A stretch of 64,000 bases of DNA from an uncultured Chloroflexia bacterium (GTDB lineage: Bacteria > Chloroflexota > Anaerolineae > B4-G1 > SLSP01). Below the pieces are notes generated by a model, which was given only the letters and a program-made list of their open reading frames with translations, was not told the DNA's origin and made no database searches. A program made the position numbers and the translations under genes. Location: NCBI GenBank assembly GCA_963751345.1, contig CAVVUS010000008.1:1-64000 (forward strand), written 5' to 3'. This document shows, in pieces, positions 22,363 to 32,630 of the stretch (the first letter of the stretch is position 1; every line of letters starts with the position of its first letter).

Positions 22363-22407
22363 CTCGCATCGCCAAGCTTCCTCCCATCGTGGAGCCGTAC
22401 CATGCTC

Positions 22408-22452
22408 ACTATAGAGCAGGAAGCGCCGGCGAAGATCGCAGCTATATCGCAG
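22408..22452 (-). promoter_or_regulatory. Putative promoter with OmpR/PhoB-type direct-repeat box
   Basis: Minus strand CTGCGAT-N4-CTGCGAT (22452-22435) at the -35 position; TATAGT -10 at 22413-22408. Confidence 0.45.
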
Positions 22453-22649
22453 GACAATTCGGGGCGGTGACCGGCGAACGGACGGGGCTTCGTGCAAGAT
22501 CAAGAGACATCTCCGGGAGAGCTAGTCTCTTCCTGAGCATCTCTTCTGACCCTGCATTGGTGGGGCACGGAGACCCGGTTCTCCGCGTGTAGGTGCGGCT
22601 CGCCTCCGGGCCTGGGAGGCTCTGCCGGAGGTCGTGCCCCAGCGCCGTC

Positions 22650-23445
22650 CTACAAAGCGAGGTAGTAGCCACCGCCGCGGACGGTGCGGATCAGGGTGGG
22701 GGCGTCGGGGTCGAGCTCGATCTTCCGGCGGAGGCGGTAAATGCAGGAGCGCACGGCGCTGACGGCAGCGGCTTCCTCGAGGTCGTAGTCCCAGGCTGAC
22801 CGTGCAAGTGCGCGGCACGCCAGCACTTCTCCCCCGCGCTCGATCAGGGCGCGCAGCAGAGCCGTCTCGCCGTCGGTCAGCTCCGCGCTGCGCGGCTCCG
22901 GGCCGGCCACCGTCACGGTCCGCCGTTCGGAGTCGAGCGTCAGGCGCCCATAGCGGAGGGGAACACGGGCGTCGGTGGATCGTGCCGGCGCGGCGGGCGG
23001 CCCCGGGCGGGGCGCCCCGCAGCTCGTCGAAGGCGGCGCCGATTGCCGTCAAGGCACGCTGCCGGCGCTCCTCGGCGGCGTGCGCCTCGATGGCACGATC
23101 GACGACCGCACGCACGTCGTGGACGCTGGCCGGCTTGAGGAGATAGTCAACGGCCCCTGACTTGACGGCGGCGATGGCGCTCTCCAACGTGGCGTGTCCC
23201 GTCAGGATGACGATCGGGAGGTCCGGGTGCGACGCCCGTACGTGCCGCATCGTGGTCACGCCGTCCATCTCTGGCATCAGCATATCCAGGATGACCAGGT
23301 CGTACGGTCCGGCGGCGAGGCGCTCGAGCGCCTCGCGTCCTGAAGCCGCGCCATCGACGGCATAGCCGCTGAGCTGGAGGCTCAGCACCAGACCGTTGCG
23401 AACGTGTGCTTCGTCGTCGACGACCAAGATCCGCGGGGCCTGCAT
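22650..23445 (-). CDS. OmpR-family response regulator (REC + wHTH); frameshift ~22960
   Basis: ILVVDDE, LDMLMPEMDG, YLLKP; IYRLRRKIE...IRTVRGGGY. Confidence 0.9.
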
Positions 23446-23452
23446 CGTCACG

Positions 23453-25072
23453 TCACGACCGATCCTTCGCCGCATCGAGGGCCGGGAGGCTGATCGTAAA
23501 GACCGCGCCCGGACCGCCGGTGCGATTCGCCGCCGTCAGCGTGCCGCCCTGCTGATCGACCAGACTCCGGCTGACCGCCAGCCCCAGCCCCGTCCCCTGG
23601 GGCTTGGTCGTAAAGAAGGGCTCGAAGAGCCGGCCGAGGATCTCGGTCGGGATCCCCGGCCCGCTGTCGGTGACGGTGATCTGCACGCGCTCGCCGGCCT
23701 GCTCGCCGGCGAGCTGCACGCTGCCGCCCGGCCCGGCGGCCTCAATGGCGTTGAGCAGGAGGTTCAGGATGACCTGCATCACCTGGTCCGGCGCCACCGC
23801 GATCTCGAGGCCGGGAGGCACGTTCACGCCGACCGTGACGCCGGCGCGCTGTAGTTGCTTGCGCACGAGGTCCAGCGTCTGTTCCACCAACTCGGCCACA
23901 GAAACCCGCCGGCGGGGCACGGCGTTGGGCCGTGCGTAGTCGAGCACGCGCCGGACAATCCCCTTTAGCCGCCCCACCTCGTGGCGCACCACGCCGAGGA
24001 ACTCCGTCTGTCGCTCCGGCGGGAGCGCGAAGTCCATCACCAATTCCAGGTGGCTCTGAATGGCCTGGAGCGGGTTGTTGATCTCGTGGGCGAGCGCGGC
24101 GGCCAGGCTCCCCAGGGCTGCGATCTTCTCGACCTCCGCCATACGCCGGCGTGTCTCCTGCATCCGCTGGTAGTGCGCCTGCTCAGCCTGGCGCAGGCGG
24201 GCGTTCTCCAGGGCAAGCGTCGCGTGGGCGGCGAAGAGCTCGGCGAGCCATACATCGTGTTCGGTGAACGGATTGTTGGTCACCCCGGCGATGCTCAGCA
24301 CGCCCAGGATCTCGTCCTGGCGCTTGAGGGGCACACCGAGCATCGGGCGCAACGCCGCGGTCTCCGCAAATCGTGCCAGACGCCCCGGCCATTCGCTGTA
24401 GTTGTCGACGACGAGCGTCCGGCGCTCCCGGTAGACATGCCCGCCGACACCCTCGTCCAGTGCCACGTGTTGGCCCCGCAGGTGATCGAGGCCTTCCGTC
24501 GCCACCCGGATGACGAAGTCGTTGGTCGCCTCCTCGTAGAGAAAGACCACGCCCATCTCGGCATTCAGCAGCGTGCGCGCCTGATCGACGATCACGAAGA
24601 GCAGCGTCTCCAGATCCATCGCCGTGTTGAGACGCAGCGAGATATCGTGCAGCGCCTCCAGCGCGACGGACCGCTGCCGCAGCGCGGTCTCAGCCTGAAC
24701 TCGGGGCGTGATGTCGCGATTGCTGACACGCCGTCCCAGCGCCGTGCCGCGCGCGTCCAAGATTGAGCGACAGACGTGGCTCATCCAGCGCACCTCACCC
24801 CCCCGGGTGACGATGCGGAAATCCATCCGACCCGGGCCCCTGCCGTTCCTCTCGGTGACGCAGTGGGCTGCGAACGCGGGCCGGTCATCGGGGTGGACGA
24901 TCGCCCGAACAAGCGCCGGATCGTCCTGAAATGCTGACGGTGGAAAGCCGGTGATCTCCTCGCACGATGGGGAGACATCCCGGAGCGTCCCATCAGGCGC
25001 GATCCAATACTCCCAGTCAAAGCTGGGAGTGGTTGCGTGCCGCAGACCCGAATCATCGAGCGCGTCGACCAT
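23453..25072 (-). CDS. Cytoplasmic PAS-GAF sensor histidine kinase
   Basis: PAS (VHPDDR), GAF, AHEINNPL, QVILNLLLNA, DSGPGI, FEPFFTTK, GTGLGL. Confidence 0.92.
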   Translation of the reverse strand: MVDALDDSGLRHATTPSFDWEYWIAPDGTLRDVSPSCEEITGFPPSAFQDDPALVRAIVHPDDRPAFAAHCVTERNGRGPGRMDFRIVTRGGEVRWMSHVCRSILDARGTALGRRVSNRDITPRVQAETALRQRSVALEALHDISLRLNTAMDLETLLFVIVDQARTLLNAEMGVVFLYEEATNDFVIRVATEGLDHLRGQHVALDEGVGGHVYRERRTLVVDNYSEWPGRLARFAETAALRPMLGVPLKRQDEILGVLSIAGVTNNPFTEHDVWLAELFAAHATLALENARLRQAEQAHYQRMQETRRRMAEVEKIAALGSLAAALAHEINNPLQAIQSHLELVMDFALPPERQTEFLGVVRHEVGRLKGIVRRVLDYARPNAVPRRRVSVAELVEQTLDLVRKQLQRAGVTVGVNVPPGLEIAVAPDQVMQVILNLLLNAIEAAGPGGSVQLAGEQAGERVQITVTDSGPGIPTEILGRLFEPFFTTKPQGTGLGLAVSRSLVDQQGGTLTAANRTGGPGAVFTISLPALDAAKDRS

Positions 25073-25352
25073 AGTGGTAGCCCCCGGATTCTCAGCGCCG
25101 TGGCATCCCAGGCGCGCGCATAGTGCGGCGGCTGCGGATCCGGCTCAAAGGATGTGTTAGGGGAAGAGGATCCTTTCGGAATGTGCTGCGCACATATTAT
25201 CCAGAATCCCGTGTCCGTCAATGGATTCATAGCGAGGGGTGATGCAGCAAGGTGGGCCTTCCGTGCAGGTGCGCTGCCGCTCGGGTGCGTCGCAACGTCG
25301 TTATGCAAGGCGTAGCAACGTGACTATACTTTCGGCATGAGGCGATAACCCT

Positions 25353-26456
25353 ATGACAAGTTCCTTGCCATCTCAACGATCCCTCGACCGCTACAATACC
25401 TACATGGGCCATGGCCCTCGTAAGGTCGTGCACTGGGAGCATTGGTCGAATCCCGACGCCGCCACGGCGATCACGGGCATCGACTTCTACGCCCATCCGC
25501 GTACGTGCATGCGGCGGCTCAACGCGATGTATCCGGCGCTGGGCCTGCCCGAGCCCGCCTCCGACGAACCACTGCCGCGTATCGCCGAGCAGGTGGGGCG
25601 TGACCGTTGGGGCCACGAGCTTCGCGAGGCCTGGCAGCAGGACCGCGCCCGCGAGCGTTTCCCATCGCGCGAGGCGATGCTGGCGTTCAGCCCGCTGGCG
25701 CAGGGCGACTTCACCGGTTGGGACGTGGTGGTGGACAGCGACGGCGGCGATTTCCGCAGTGTCGAGGTCATCTACGAGCGCTACCGGCAGCATTTCCCGA
25801 CGTCGTGGGGCGACCGGGCGCCGGTGGGCAGCGACGCCAACGTCGGCTTCTACAACACGCTCTTCATGTGGCCGCTACTCGTCTTCGGCTACCAGAACTT
25901 CCTGGAGGCCTGCCTGGAGCCCGAGTTCGACCGCATCATGGACGAGTTCGCCGAGATCAACCGCCGCGTCTTCACGGCCTTCGCGCGGCTCCCGGTCAAC
26001 TTCGTCATCTGCCACGACGACATCGTCACCACGAAGGGCCCGATCTGTTCGCCGCGGTGGATGCGAACCCACATTTTCCCGAGGTACGAGGAGTTCTGGT
26101 CGATTCTGCGGGCTGCAGGCAAGCAGGTCATCTTCATGGTCGACGGCTGTGTCGACGCTTTCGTCGACGACGTGATGGCCTGCGGGGCGCGGGGCATCAT
26201 CAGCGAGCCGTTTACCGATTACAAGGCGATTGCACGACGCTATGACAATCCCTTCCTGGCGGGCGAGGGCGACTGCCGTGTCCTCATGCGCAACAACCCG
26301 GACGAGATCTCGGCGATGGTCGACCGGATGGTCGAGACGGCGCAGATGTCGGGCGGGTATATGATGTGTATCGGCAACCACATCCCGTTCAACGTGCCGC
26401 CCGAAGCGATCAAGTTGTACTTGGATTTGGCGCACGAGCGCGCCCGGCGGCTGTAG
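25353..26456 (+). CDS. Uroporphyrinogen decarboxylase (URO-D)/MtaA-like family protein
   Basis: HDDIVTTKGPICSP, IFPRY, GEGD, CIGNHIPFNVP. Confidence 0.8.
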   Translation: MTSSLPSQRSLDRYNTYMGHGPRKVVHWEHWSNPDAATAITGIDFYAHPRTCMRRLNAMYPALGLPEPASDEPLPRIAEQVGRDRWGHELREAWQQDRARERFPSREAMLAFSPLAQGDFTGWDVVVDSDGGDFRSVEVIYERYRQHFPTSWGDRAPVGSDANVGFYNTLFMWPLLVFGYQNFLEACLEPEFDRIMDEFAEINRRVFTAFARLPVNFVICHDDIVTTKGPICSPRWMRTHIFPRYEEFWSILRAAGKQVIFMVDGCVDAFVDDVMACGARGIISEPFTDYKAIARRYDNPFLAGEGDCRVLMRNNPDEISAMVDRMVETAQMSGGYMMCIGNHIPFNVPPEAIKLYLDLAHERARRL

Positions 26457-26626
26457 AGACGGGGCGGCGCCCCGTCTTCCGGGGGTGATGCGACACGCGG
26501 AAGACGACCCCCGGGTCGTCTCTACGACGGGGGAGATACGGCGGCGCCCCGTCTTCCGGGGGTGACGCGACACGCAGAAGACGACCCACCGGGTCGTCTC
26601 TACGACGGGGAAGTACGGCGGCGGCC
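26453..26626. repeat. GTAG-type REP doublets (REPIN/BIME-like), ~77-bp tandem unit; family A
   Basis: GTAGAGACGGGG..CCCCGTCT and AGACGACCC..GGGTCGTCTCTAC hairpins; GCGGCG recurs at 26464, 26541 and 26618. Confidence 0.8.
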
Positions 26627-26671
26627 CGCCTTGCGAAAGGGTACACTAAGCCAAGCTGAAAGGAGTGATCC

Positions 26672-27736
26672 ATGACTGCCTATCGCTATCCCGGCAACCC
26701 GATCATCACGCCCGAGGACGTCCCGCCCTCGCGCCCTGACTTTCGCGTGCGCTGTGCCTTCAACGCCGGGGTCACCCGGCACGGGGGCGACGTGCTCTTG
26801 CTGCTGCGCGTGGCAGAGCAGGCGGCCTCGGACGATCCGGACATCGTGCGGGTGCCCTACATCGACGAAAACACGAACGCGCTCGTCATCCGCGACTTCC
26901 GGCGCGACGACCCCGACGCCGACTTCTCCGATTCGCGTTTTGTGCGGACGCCGGATCGGATCTACCTCTCGTCGATCTCACACCTGCGTGTGGCGACCAG
27001 CCACGATGGCCTGCACTTCGCGGTCGAGGAGACGCCGGCCCTTTTTCCGAGCAACGTCTACGAGATGTATGGTGTGGAGGATCCCCGAATCACGACGATC
27101 GGCGATACCTACTACGTCAACTACAGCGCCATCTCCCCCCTGACGGGAGTGACGACGTGCCTGGCCACCACCCAGGATTTCAAGGGCTTCCGGCGCCACG
27201 GGGTGATCTTCACGCCTGACAACAAGGACGTGGCGATCTTTCCCGAGCGTATCGGGGGCAAGTACTACGCGCTACACCGTCCCGCCGCGGCCGAGTACGA
27301 CCTCAAAGACGTTTGGCTGGCTGAGTCGCCCGACCTCGTATGCTGGGGAAACCACCGCTCCCTGATGCAGACGCGCAGGGGCATGTGGGATGATGGGCGG
27401 ATCGGGTGCAGCGCCGTGCCCTTCCTGATCGACGAGGGATGGCTGGAGATCTACCACGGCGCCAGCAAGGATGATCGGTACTGTCTCGGCGCCGCGCTGC
27501 TCGACCGTGACGAGCCGTGGAAAGTCCTGGCTCGCACGACGCAGCCCATCCTCCAGCCGGAGGCCGACTACGAGCTTCACGGCTTCTTCGGCAACGTCGT
27601 CTTCAACTGCGGCGTCCTCTGTGAGGAGGGCGTGCTGCGGCCCGGACGGATGGTCAAGATCTACTACGGTGCCGCCGATACCGTCATGGCTTATGCCGAG
27701 GTCCCGCTGGCGGATATCCTGAATGACCTCAGATAG
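26672..27736 (+). CDS. Glycoside hydrolase family 130 (beta-mannoside phosphorylase-like)
   Basis: NPIITP, AFNAG, SSISHLR, GVEDPRIT, NKDV, LHRP, IYHG, KIYYGAADT. Confidence 0.92.
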   Translation: MTAYRYPGNPIITPEDVPPSRPDFRVRCAFNAGVTRHGGDVLLLLRVAEQAASDDPDIVRVPYIDENTNALVIRDFRRDDPDADFSDSRFVRTPDRIYLSSISHLRVATSHDGLHFAVEETPALFPSNVYEMYGVEDPRITTIGDTYYVNYSAISPLTGVTTCLATTQDFKGFRRHGVIFTPDNKDVAIFPERIGGKYYALHRPAAAEYDLKDVWLAESPDLVCWGNHRSLMQTRRGMWDDGRIGCSAVPFLIDEGWLEIYHGASKDDRYCLGAALLDRDEPWKVLARTTQPILQPEADYELHGFFGNVVFNCGVLCEEGVLRPGRMVKIYYGAADTVMAYAEVPLADILNDLR

Positions 27737-27771
27737 GGTGGGGCGTGGGAAAAGGACAGGAGGTGGCACGG

Positions 27772-29198
27772 ATGGCAGGCAATCAGTACGGAACGGACGA
27801 CGCTGGTCACCTATCCCGCGCCCGAGGGTACCCCGGCCTCGCGCGGACTTCAGGGTGCGCGTCAACGGCGAGCCCGTCTTCGTGCACACCGCGCGCGTCT
27901 CGGCGGTGCCGGCCAACCAGGTCTGGCCCGGCTACCAGCGCCCGCTGGACCAGACGGAGTTGGCGTCCTTCGCCTATTTCGACTTCGAGGGCACGGTCAC
28001 CGTCGAGGTGACCGCCACCGCGGCGATCGACGACGTCGTGATCCGCCCGCTCTCCTACGGCCTCACGGCGCAGAGCGACGATCACACCCTCACCTTCGAT
28101 CTGACCCGGCCCTGCCAGGTCGTCATCGAGGTGAACGGCCGGCATCACGCGCTCCACCTCTTCGCCAACCCGCCGGAGATCGGCATGCCCGATCCCGAGG
28201 ATCCGAAGGTGCACTACTTCGGGCCGGGCGAGCATTTCCCCGGGAAGATCGTGCTGGGCGACAGCGAGACGGTCTACATCGACGGCGGCGCCATCGTCCA
28301 CGGGGTGATCGTCGCGCAGGATGCGATCGACATCCGCATCCTGGGGCGGGGGATCCTCGACGCGAGCACCTTCGCGCGCGACGAGATGCCGCAGATGATC
28401 TCGCTGCTGGGCTGTCACCGCGTGCAGATCGAGGGCATCATCCTGCGCGATCCGCACGTCTGGACCGTCGTCCCGGCGCTCTGCAGCGGGGTGCACATCA
28501 GCAACATCAAGCTGATCGGGCTCTGGCGGTACAACTCGGACGGCATTGACCTGGTCAACAGCGAGAACGTGGTGATCGAGGACTGCTTCGTCCGCGCCTT
28601 TGACGACGCCATCGTCCTCAAGGGCTTCGAGACGTGGGGTGGGCGGCCCACGGAGGGCGCGCCACTGCAACACATCACCGTGCGCCGCTGCGTGCTCTGG
28701 AACGACTGGGGGCGCGCGCTGGAGTTGGGCGCCGAGACCCGGACCGAGGCGATCCGCGACGTCCTCTTCCAGGACTGTGACGTGATCCACTGGGTGCACC
28801 GGGCGATGGACATCCAGAACGGCGACCGTGCCGACGTCTACGACGTGCGGTTCGAGGACATCCGCGTGGAGGAGGCGATCGTCGAGGGAGAGTTCCGCGA
28901 CGACATCGAGGGCTACGTCTCCGATCCTGACCAGGTGGGGCTGCTCATCGAGCTGATCATCGCGCCCAACGACTATAGCAAGGACGCGGCCCGGGGTCGC
29001 ATCCACGACATCACGTTCAGGAACGTCACCGCCGTGGGCGAGCGCTTCCCCCACTCGCATTTCATCGGTTACGACGCCGACCACGCCGTCGAGCGGATCG
29101 CGTTCGAGGGCCTGACGATCCAGGGCGAGGCGATCTCCAACGCGGAGGAAGGGCGCATCGCGATGAACGATCACGTCAAGGATGTGACATTCGAGTAG
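27772..29198 (+). CDS. Right-handed beta-helix glycosidase (GH28/pectin-lyase fold); N-terminal frameshifts
   Basis: YFGPGEH, GRGILD, NSDGID, DDAIVLK. Confidence 0.8.
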
Positions 29199-29202
29199 CG
29201 GG

Positions 29203-29973
29203 ATGCACTTCCTGAATTGCATGACCTGCAACGCGCGCGTTCCGAGAAGCCTGCGCACGGGCGCCCTTTGTCTGCTGGTCGAGAGCGAGCAAGGTCTCGT
29301 GCTGGTGGACACCGGGCTGGGTCAGGACGACTACGTCCACCGGACGGCGATCCTGCGGGCGTTCCGCGTGGCCACGATCGTGCCGCTCGATCCCGACGAG
29401 GCTGCGGTTCGCCAGATCACGCGGCTCGGCTACAGGTCTGAGGACGTCCGCCACATCGTCCTGACCCATATGCACTTCGATCACTGCGGTGGCCTGCCTG
29501 ACTTCCCGCACGCCACCGTGCACGTGCACCGGCGCGAACTCGAGGCCTTTCTCGGGCGTCCGCGCACGTGGCTCGAACTCGCCTACGTGCGGCGCAAGCT
29601 CGCACACCGGCCCGAGGTCGTGACCTACGCGGCGCGCGGCGATCGGTGGTACGACTTCGACGCGATCCGCTTGCCTTTCGACCCCGAGATGTGGCTCGTG
29701 CCCCTCTTCGGCCACACGCGAGGTCACTGTGGCGTCGCCATCCGGACGGCGGAGGGGTGGCACTTCCACGCAGGGGACGCGGCCCCGCCGGGTCTCGATA
29801 CGGGTGTGCCGGCCTGGGCGACCCGCCTCGTCCTTGGCCCGCACGTGGAGCGTCTTTGGGCCTTCGCCGCCGCTCACCCCGAGGTCACGCTCACCGCAGG
29901 GCATATGCGGCTGTCATTCTTCCGGGAGGGCGAGGCGGATTCGATGTATAATGATGGTGAGGTGCGGAAATGA
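29203..29973 (+). CDS. MBL-fold metallo-hydrolase (AiiA/lactonase-like)
   Basis: LVDTG, THMHFDHCGG, GHTRGH, AGDA, GH. Confidence 0.88.
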   Translation: MHFLNCMTCNARVPRSLRTGALCLLVESEQGLVLVDTGLGQDDYVHRTAILRAFRVATIVPLDPDEAAVRQITRLGYRSEDVRHIVLTHMHFDHCGGLPDFPHATVHVHRRELEAFLGRPRTWLELAYVRRKLAHRPEVVTYAARGDRWYDFDAIRLPFDPEMWLVPLFGHTRGHCGVAIRTAEGWHFHAGDAAPPGLDTGVPAWATRLVLGPHVERLWAFAAAHPEVTLTAGHMRLSFFREGEADSMYNDGEVRK

Positions 29974-30016
29974 GGCCGAGGCACTTGCGCTAGTGCTGTT
30001 TCACCGGGAGGTCCTG

Positions 30017-30304
30017 ATGGCGGAGAAGACAATCGAGATACGATTATCCGAGCCACTGTCGCGGTATGGCCTGGATCAGGACGAGATCCAGCGTCGTGTT
30101 GCGGAATGGATCGTGCTTTCGCTGTTCACCGAGGATCGGATCTCTTCGGGTAAGGCCGCTCAGCTTCTCGGTATCTCTCGTGTGGAGTTCCTTGCCCTTC
30201 TGCGGGCACAGAGAATCGCCTACATTGACTACACGAGGGCGGAGCTCGAGGAAGAACTCGCCGCCGCAGAATCGCTGCAGCCAGCCGAACCCCATCCGCA
30301 ATGA
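30017..30304 (+). CDS. UPF0175-family HTH antitoxin
   Basis: ISSGKAAQLLGISRVEF...ELEEEL; ATGA overlap with the PIN gene. Confidence 0.88.
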   Translation: MAEKTIEIRLSEPLSRYGLDQDEIQRRVAEWIVLSLFTEDRISSGKAAQLLGISRVEFLALLRAQRIAYIDYTRAELEEELAAAESLQPAEPHPQ

Positions 30305-30786
30305 TTGTGGTCTCCAACACGACGCCGCTGATCGGCCTGGCTGTGTTGGGGCGCTTTGACTACCTAAGGCGTCTCTTCGGCGAGATATACATTGCTCATG
30401 CTGTGTACGCCGAGGCCGTTATGGCGGGTCGCGAGGCTGGTGGCGCCAGACGCGAGGTCTCCGAGGCTGACTGGATTCATCGTGTGAGGGTCACGGATCG
30501 TCTGGCGGTAGAGGTCTTGCTGGACGAACTAGATCTAGGTGAGGCGGAGACCATCGTACTGGCCCGGGAACTCGACGTTGACTGGGTGCTGATGGATGAG
30601 AAGAAAGGACGCCGCAAGGTGTCTGAGATGGGGCTCAACAGAGTTGGCACGGTTGGACTGCTCTTGAGGGCGAAGCAGCTGGGATGGTTGCCGGCACTTC
30701 GCCCTGAACTGGAACGTCTTCGCACTGAAGGGTTCAGCCTGAGTCAGCGCGTGATGAACGCGGTCTTGGAGCAGGCCGGCGAGTAG
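30301..30786 (+). CDS. DUF3368 PIN-domain toxin
   Basis: VSNTTPLI, LDLGEAETI, LMDEKKGR, GTVGLL. Confidence 0.9.
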   Translation: MIVVSNTTPLIGLAVLGRFDYLRRLFGEIYIAHAVYAEAVMAGREAGGARREVSEADWIHRVRVTDRLAVEVLLDELDLGEAETIVLARELDVDWVLMDEKKGRRKVSEMGLNRVGTVGLLLRAKQLGWLPALRPELERLRTEGFSLSQRVMNAVLEQAGE

Positions 30787-30870
30787 GGTCGCGGACCGGA
30801 AGACATTATGGCAGGCTGGAGCCATACTAGCAGTTCTCCTGTCGACCGCTCTTCGAGGAAAGGATCCTCA

Positions 30871-32402
30871 ATGCCCCAACCTAATATCGTCTTCATCATG
30901 GCCGACCAACTCGCAGCAGCCATGCTCCACTGTTACGGCGGCACGGTCGACTCGACGCCGACTCTCGATCGCCTGGCTGCTGACGGCGTGCGTTTCGATC
31001 GTTGCTACGCAACGCACCCGGTCTGTGCGCCCAACCGCGCCACGATCCTGACCGGGCGCTCTTCGTGCATCCACGGCATCATCACCAACAACTATACGCT
31101 CTTGCCGGACAACACGACCTACGCCCAGGTGCTGCAGGCGCTTGGGTACCGGACCGGTGGCTTCGGCAAGTTTCACCAGACACCGATGCATACCCCTGTG
31201 CCCGAGAGCCTGACTTACCTGGGATTCGGTGAGTCTACCGTGACCGAGGACCCCAAGTGGCCGTGGCTCGACTGGGTCGCTCGCGAGCATCCCGAGCACT
31301 ACGAAGCGGCGCTGGCGATGTGCTGGGACTGGCCCAACCATCCCTCTGACCCTCGCATCGGTGACCGGGCCGAGGCGCGCCGCAAGCACCTTCAGAGCCT
31401 CGTTGACGCCGAGCCCTGGCCCCTGATGCACGCCTCGCCACTCCCGCCCGAGGTTCACGACACGACCTACATCACCGAGCTCGGGCTCGATTTCATGCAG
31501 CGCCACCTGGCTGAGCACGGCGACCAGCCCTTTTTCTGCCACATCTCGTACGTGGACCCGCACGACCCCTACGACCCGCCGGAGCCCTATGCGAGCATGT
31601 TCGACCCCGACGCTATGCCTGAGCCCCTACCCGCGGAGTGGCTGGACGGAGACTATCCCGACCTTGGCCCGGGGTCACCGCGAGTTTCCGGGCTTCCACG
31701 ACGTCTACGACAAGCCCGAGGTGATGCGGCGCTTGCGCGCGCTCTACCACGGCTCGCTGCGCTATATGGACGATCAGATCGCGCGGGTCATCGCGTTCCT
31801 GCGGGAAAATGGCCTGTGGGAGAACACCATCCTGGTCTTCACCACCGACCACGGCGACATGCTGGGCGATCACGCGCTGATCACCAAGGGGGTCAAGCCC
31901 TACGACACCGGCATCCGCGTGCCGCTCATCGTGGCGGGTGCGGGAATCGCCACGGGCCGTGCCAACCGGCTGACGTGTACGCTTGACTTCTACCCGACCT
32001 TCTGCGACTGGGCCGACGTGCCCGACGCTGCGCGTCCACCGCTGGAGGGCCGCTCCTTCGCCCCGGTCGCCGCGGGGCAACCCGATCCCGCGCCGTGGCC
32101 CGAGGTGCTCGGTGAGCTACGGTGGCGTTCAGACGGTTATCAGCGAGGACGGCTGGCGGCTCACACGTTTCCCCGAGGACGAGAAGGGCCAGCTCTTCAA
32201 CCTGGTCGAGGATCCTGAGGAGCAGCACAATCGCTATGACGACCCGACCTACACGACGGTGCGGCAGCGGCTGCTCGAGCAGCTCGTAAGGGCGATGGGC
32301 CGTCCCGGCACGGTCCCTCACTACCGAAACATGCCCGTGGTCGGCGGGGCCAAGCGCTTTCCGGTGGGTGGTCAGTTTCAGGGAGAGGTGCCGGTTTACT
32401 GA
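30871..32402 (+). CDS. Cys-type sulfatase; frameshifts ~31670 and ~32110
   Basis: PNIVFIMADQ, CAPNRATILTGR, GKFH, PHDPY, TTDHGDMLGDH. Confidence 0.9.
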
Positions 32403-32630
32403 TGAGTCCCATGGGGCATCCCATCCCCGGCGGCATCCTGATTAGGCGAACTGGTACGGGCGAGCTCCGGGCGTCGCGATAGTGATTCATTTGAAGTATG
32501 ACAACGGGAGTGCCTCGCCCTCACGATACGTCGTTATCCACGGGTGCGGAAGTCGTGCGCAACTTGCAGCCCTGCCCACCCACGGTACCCTATTCCTCAT
32601 CACCTATCCCTAGTCCCGGAGGACACATCA

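Noticed and set aside
1971-25072. Integron cassette array
   Set aside because: No integrase and no recurring attC-like sites between genes; many genes overlap or abut.
26453-26626. CRISPR array
   Set aside because: Only ~2 units, the intervening sequences are near-identical rather than unique spacers, and there are no cas genes; REP doublets fit better.
27807-29312. Long antisense ORFs (501 aa here; also 3020-4117, 25411-26175, 55294-56505)
   Set aside because: Shadow or alternative-frame ORFs expected in high-GC DNA overlapping well-supported genes; no motifs.
32534-32542. DnaA box or replication origin (TTATCCACG)
   Set aside because: Single mismatched box with no cluster or AT-rich unwinding element.
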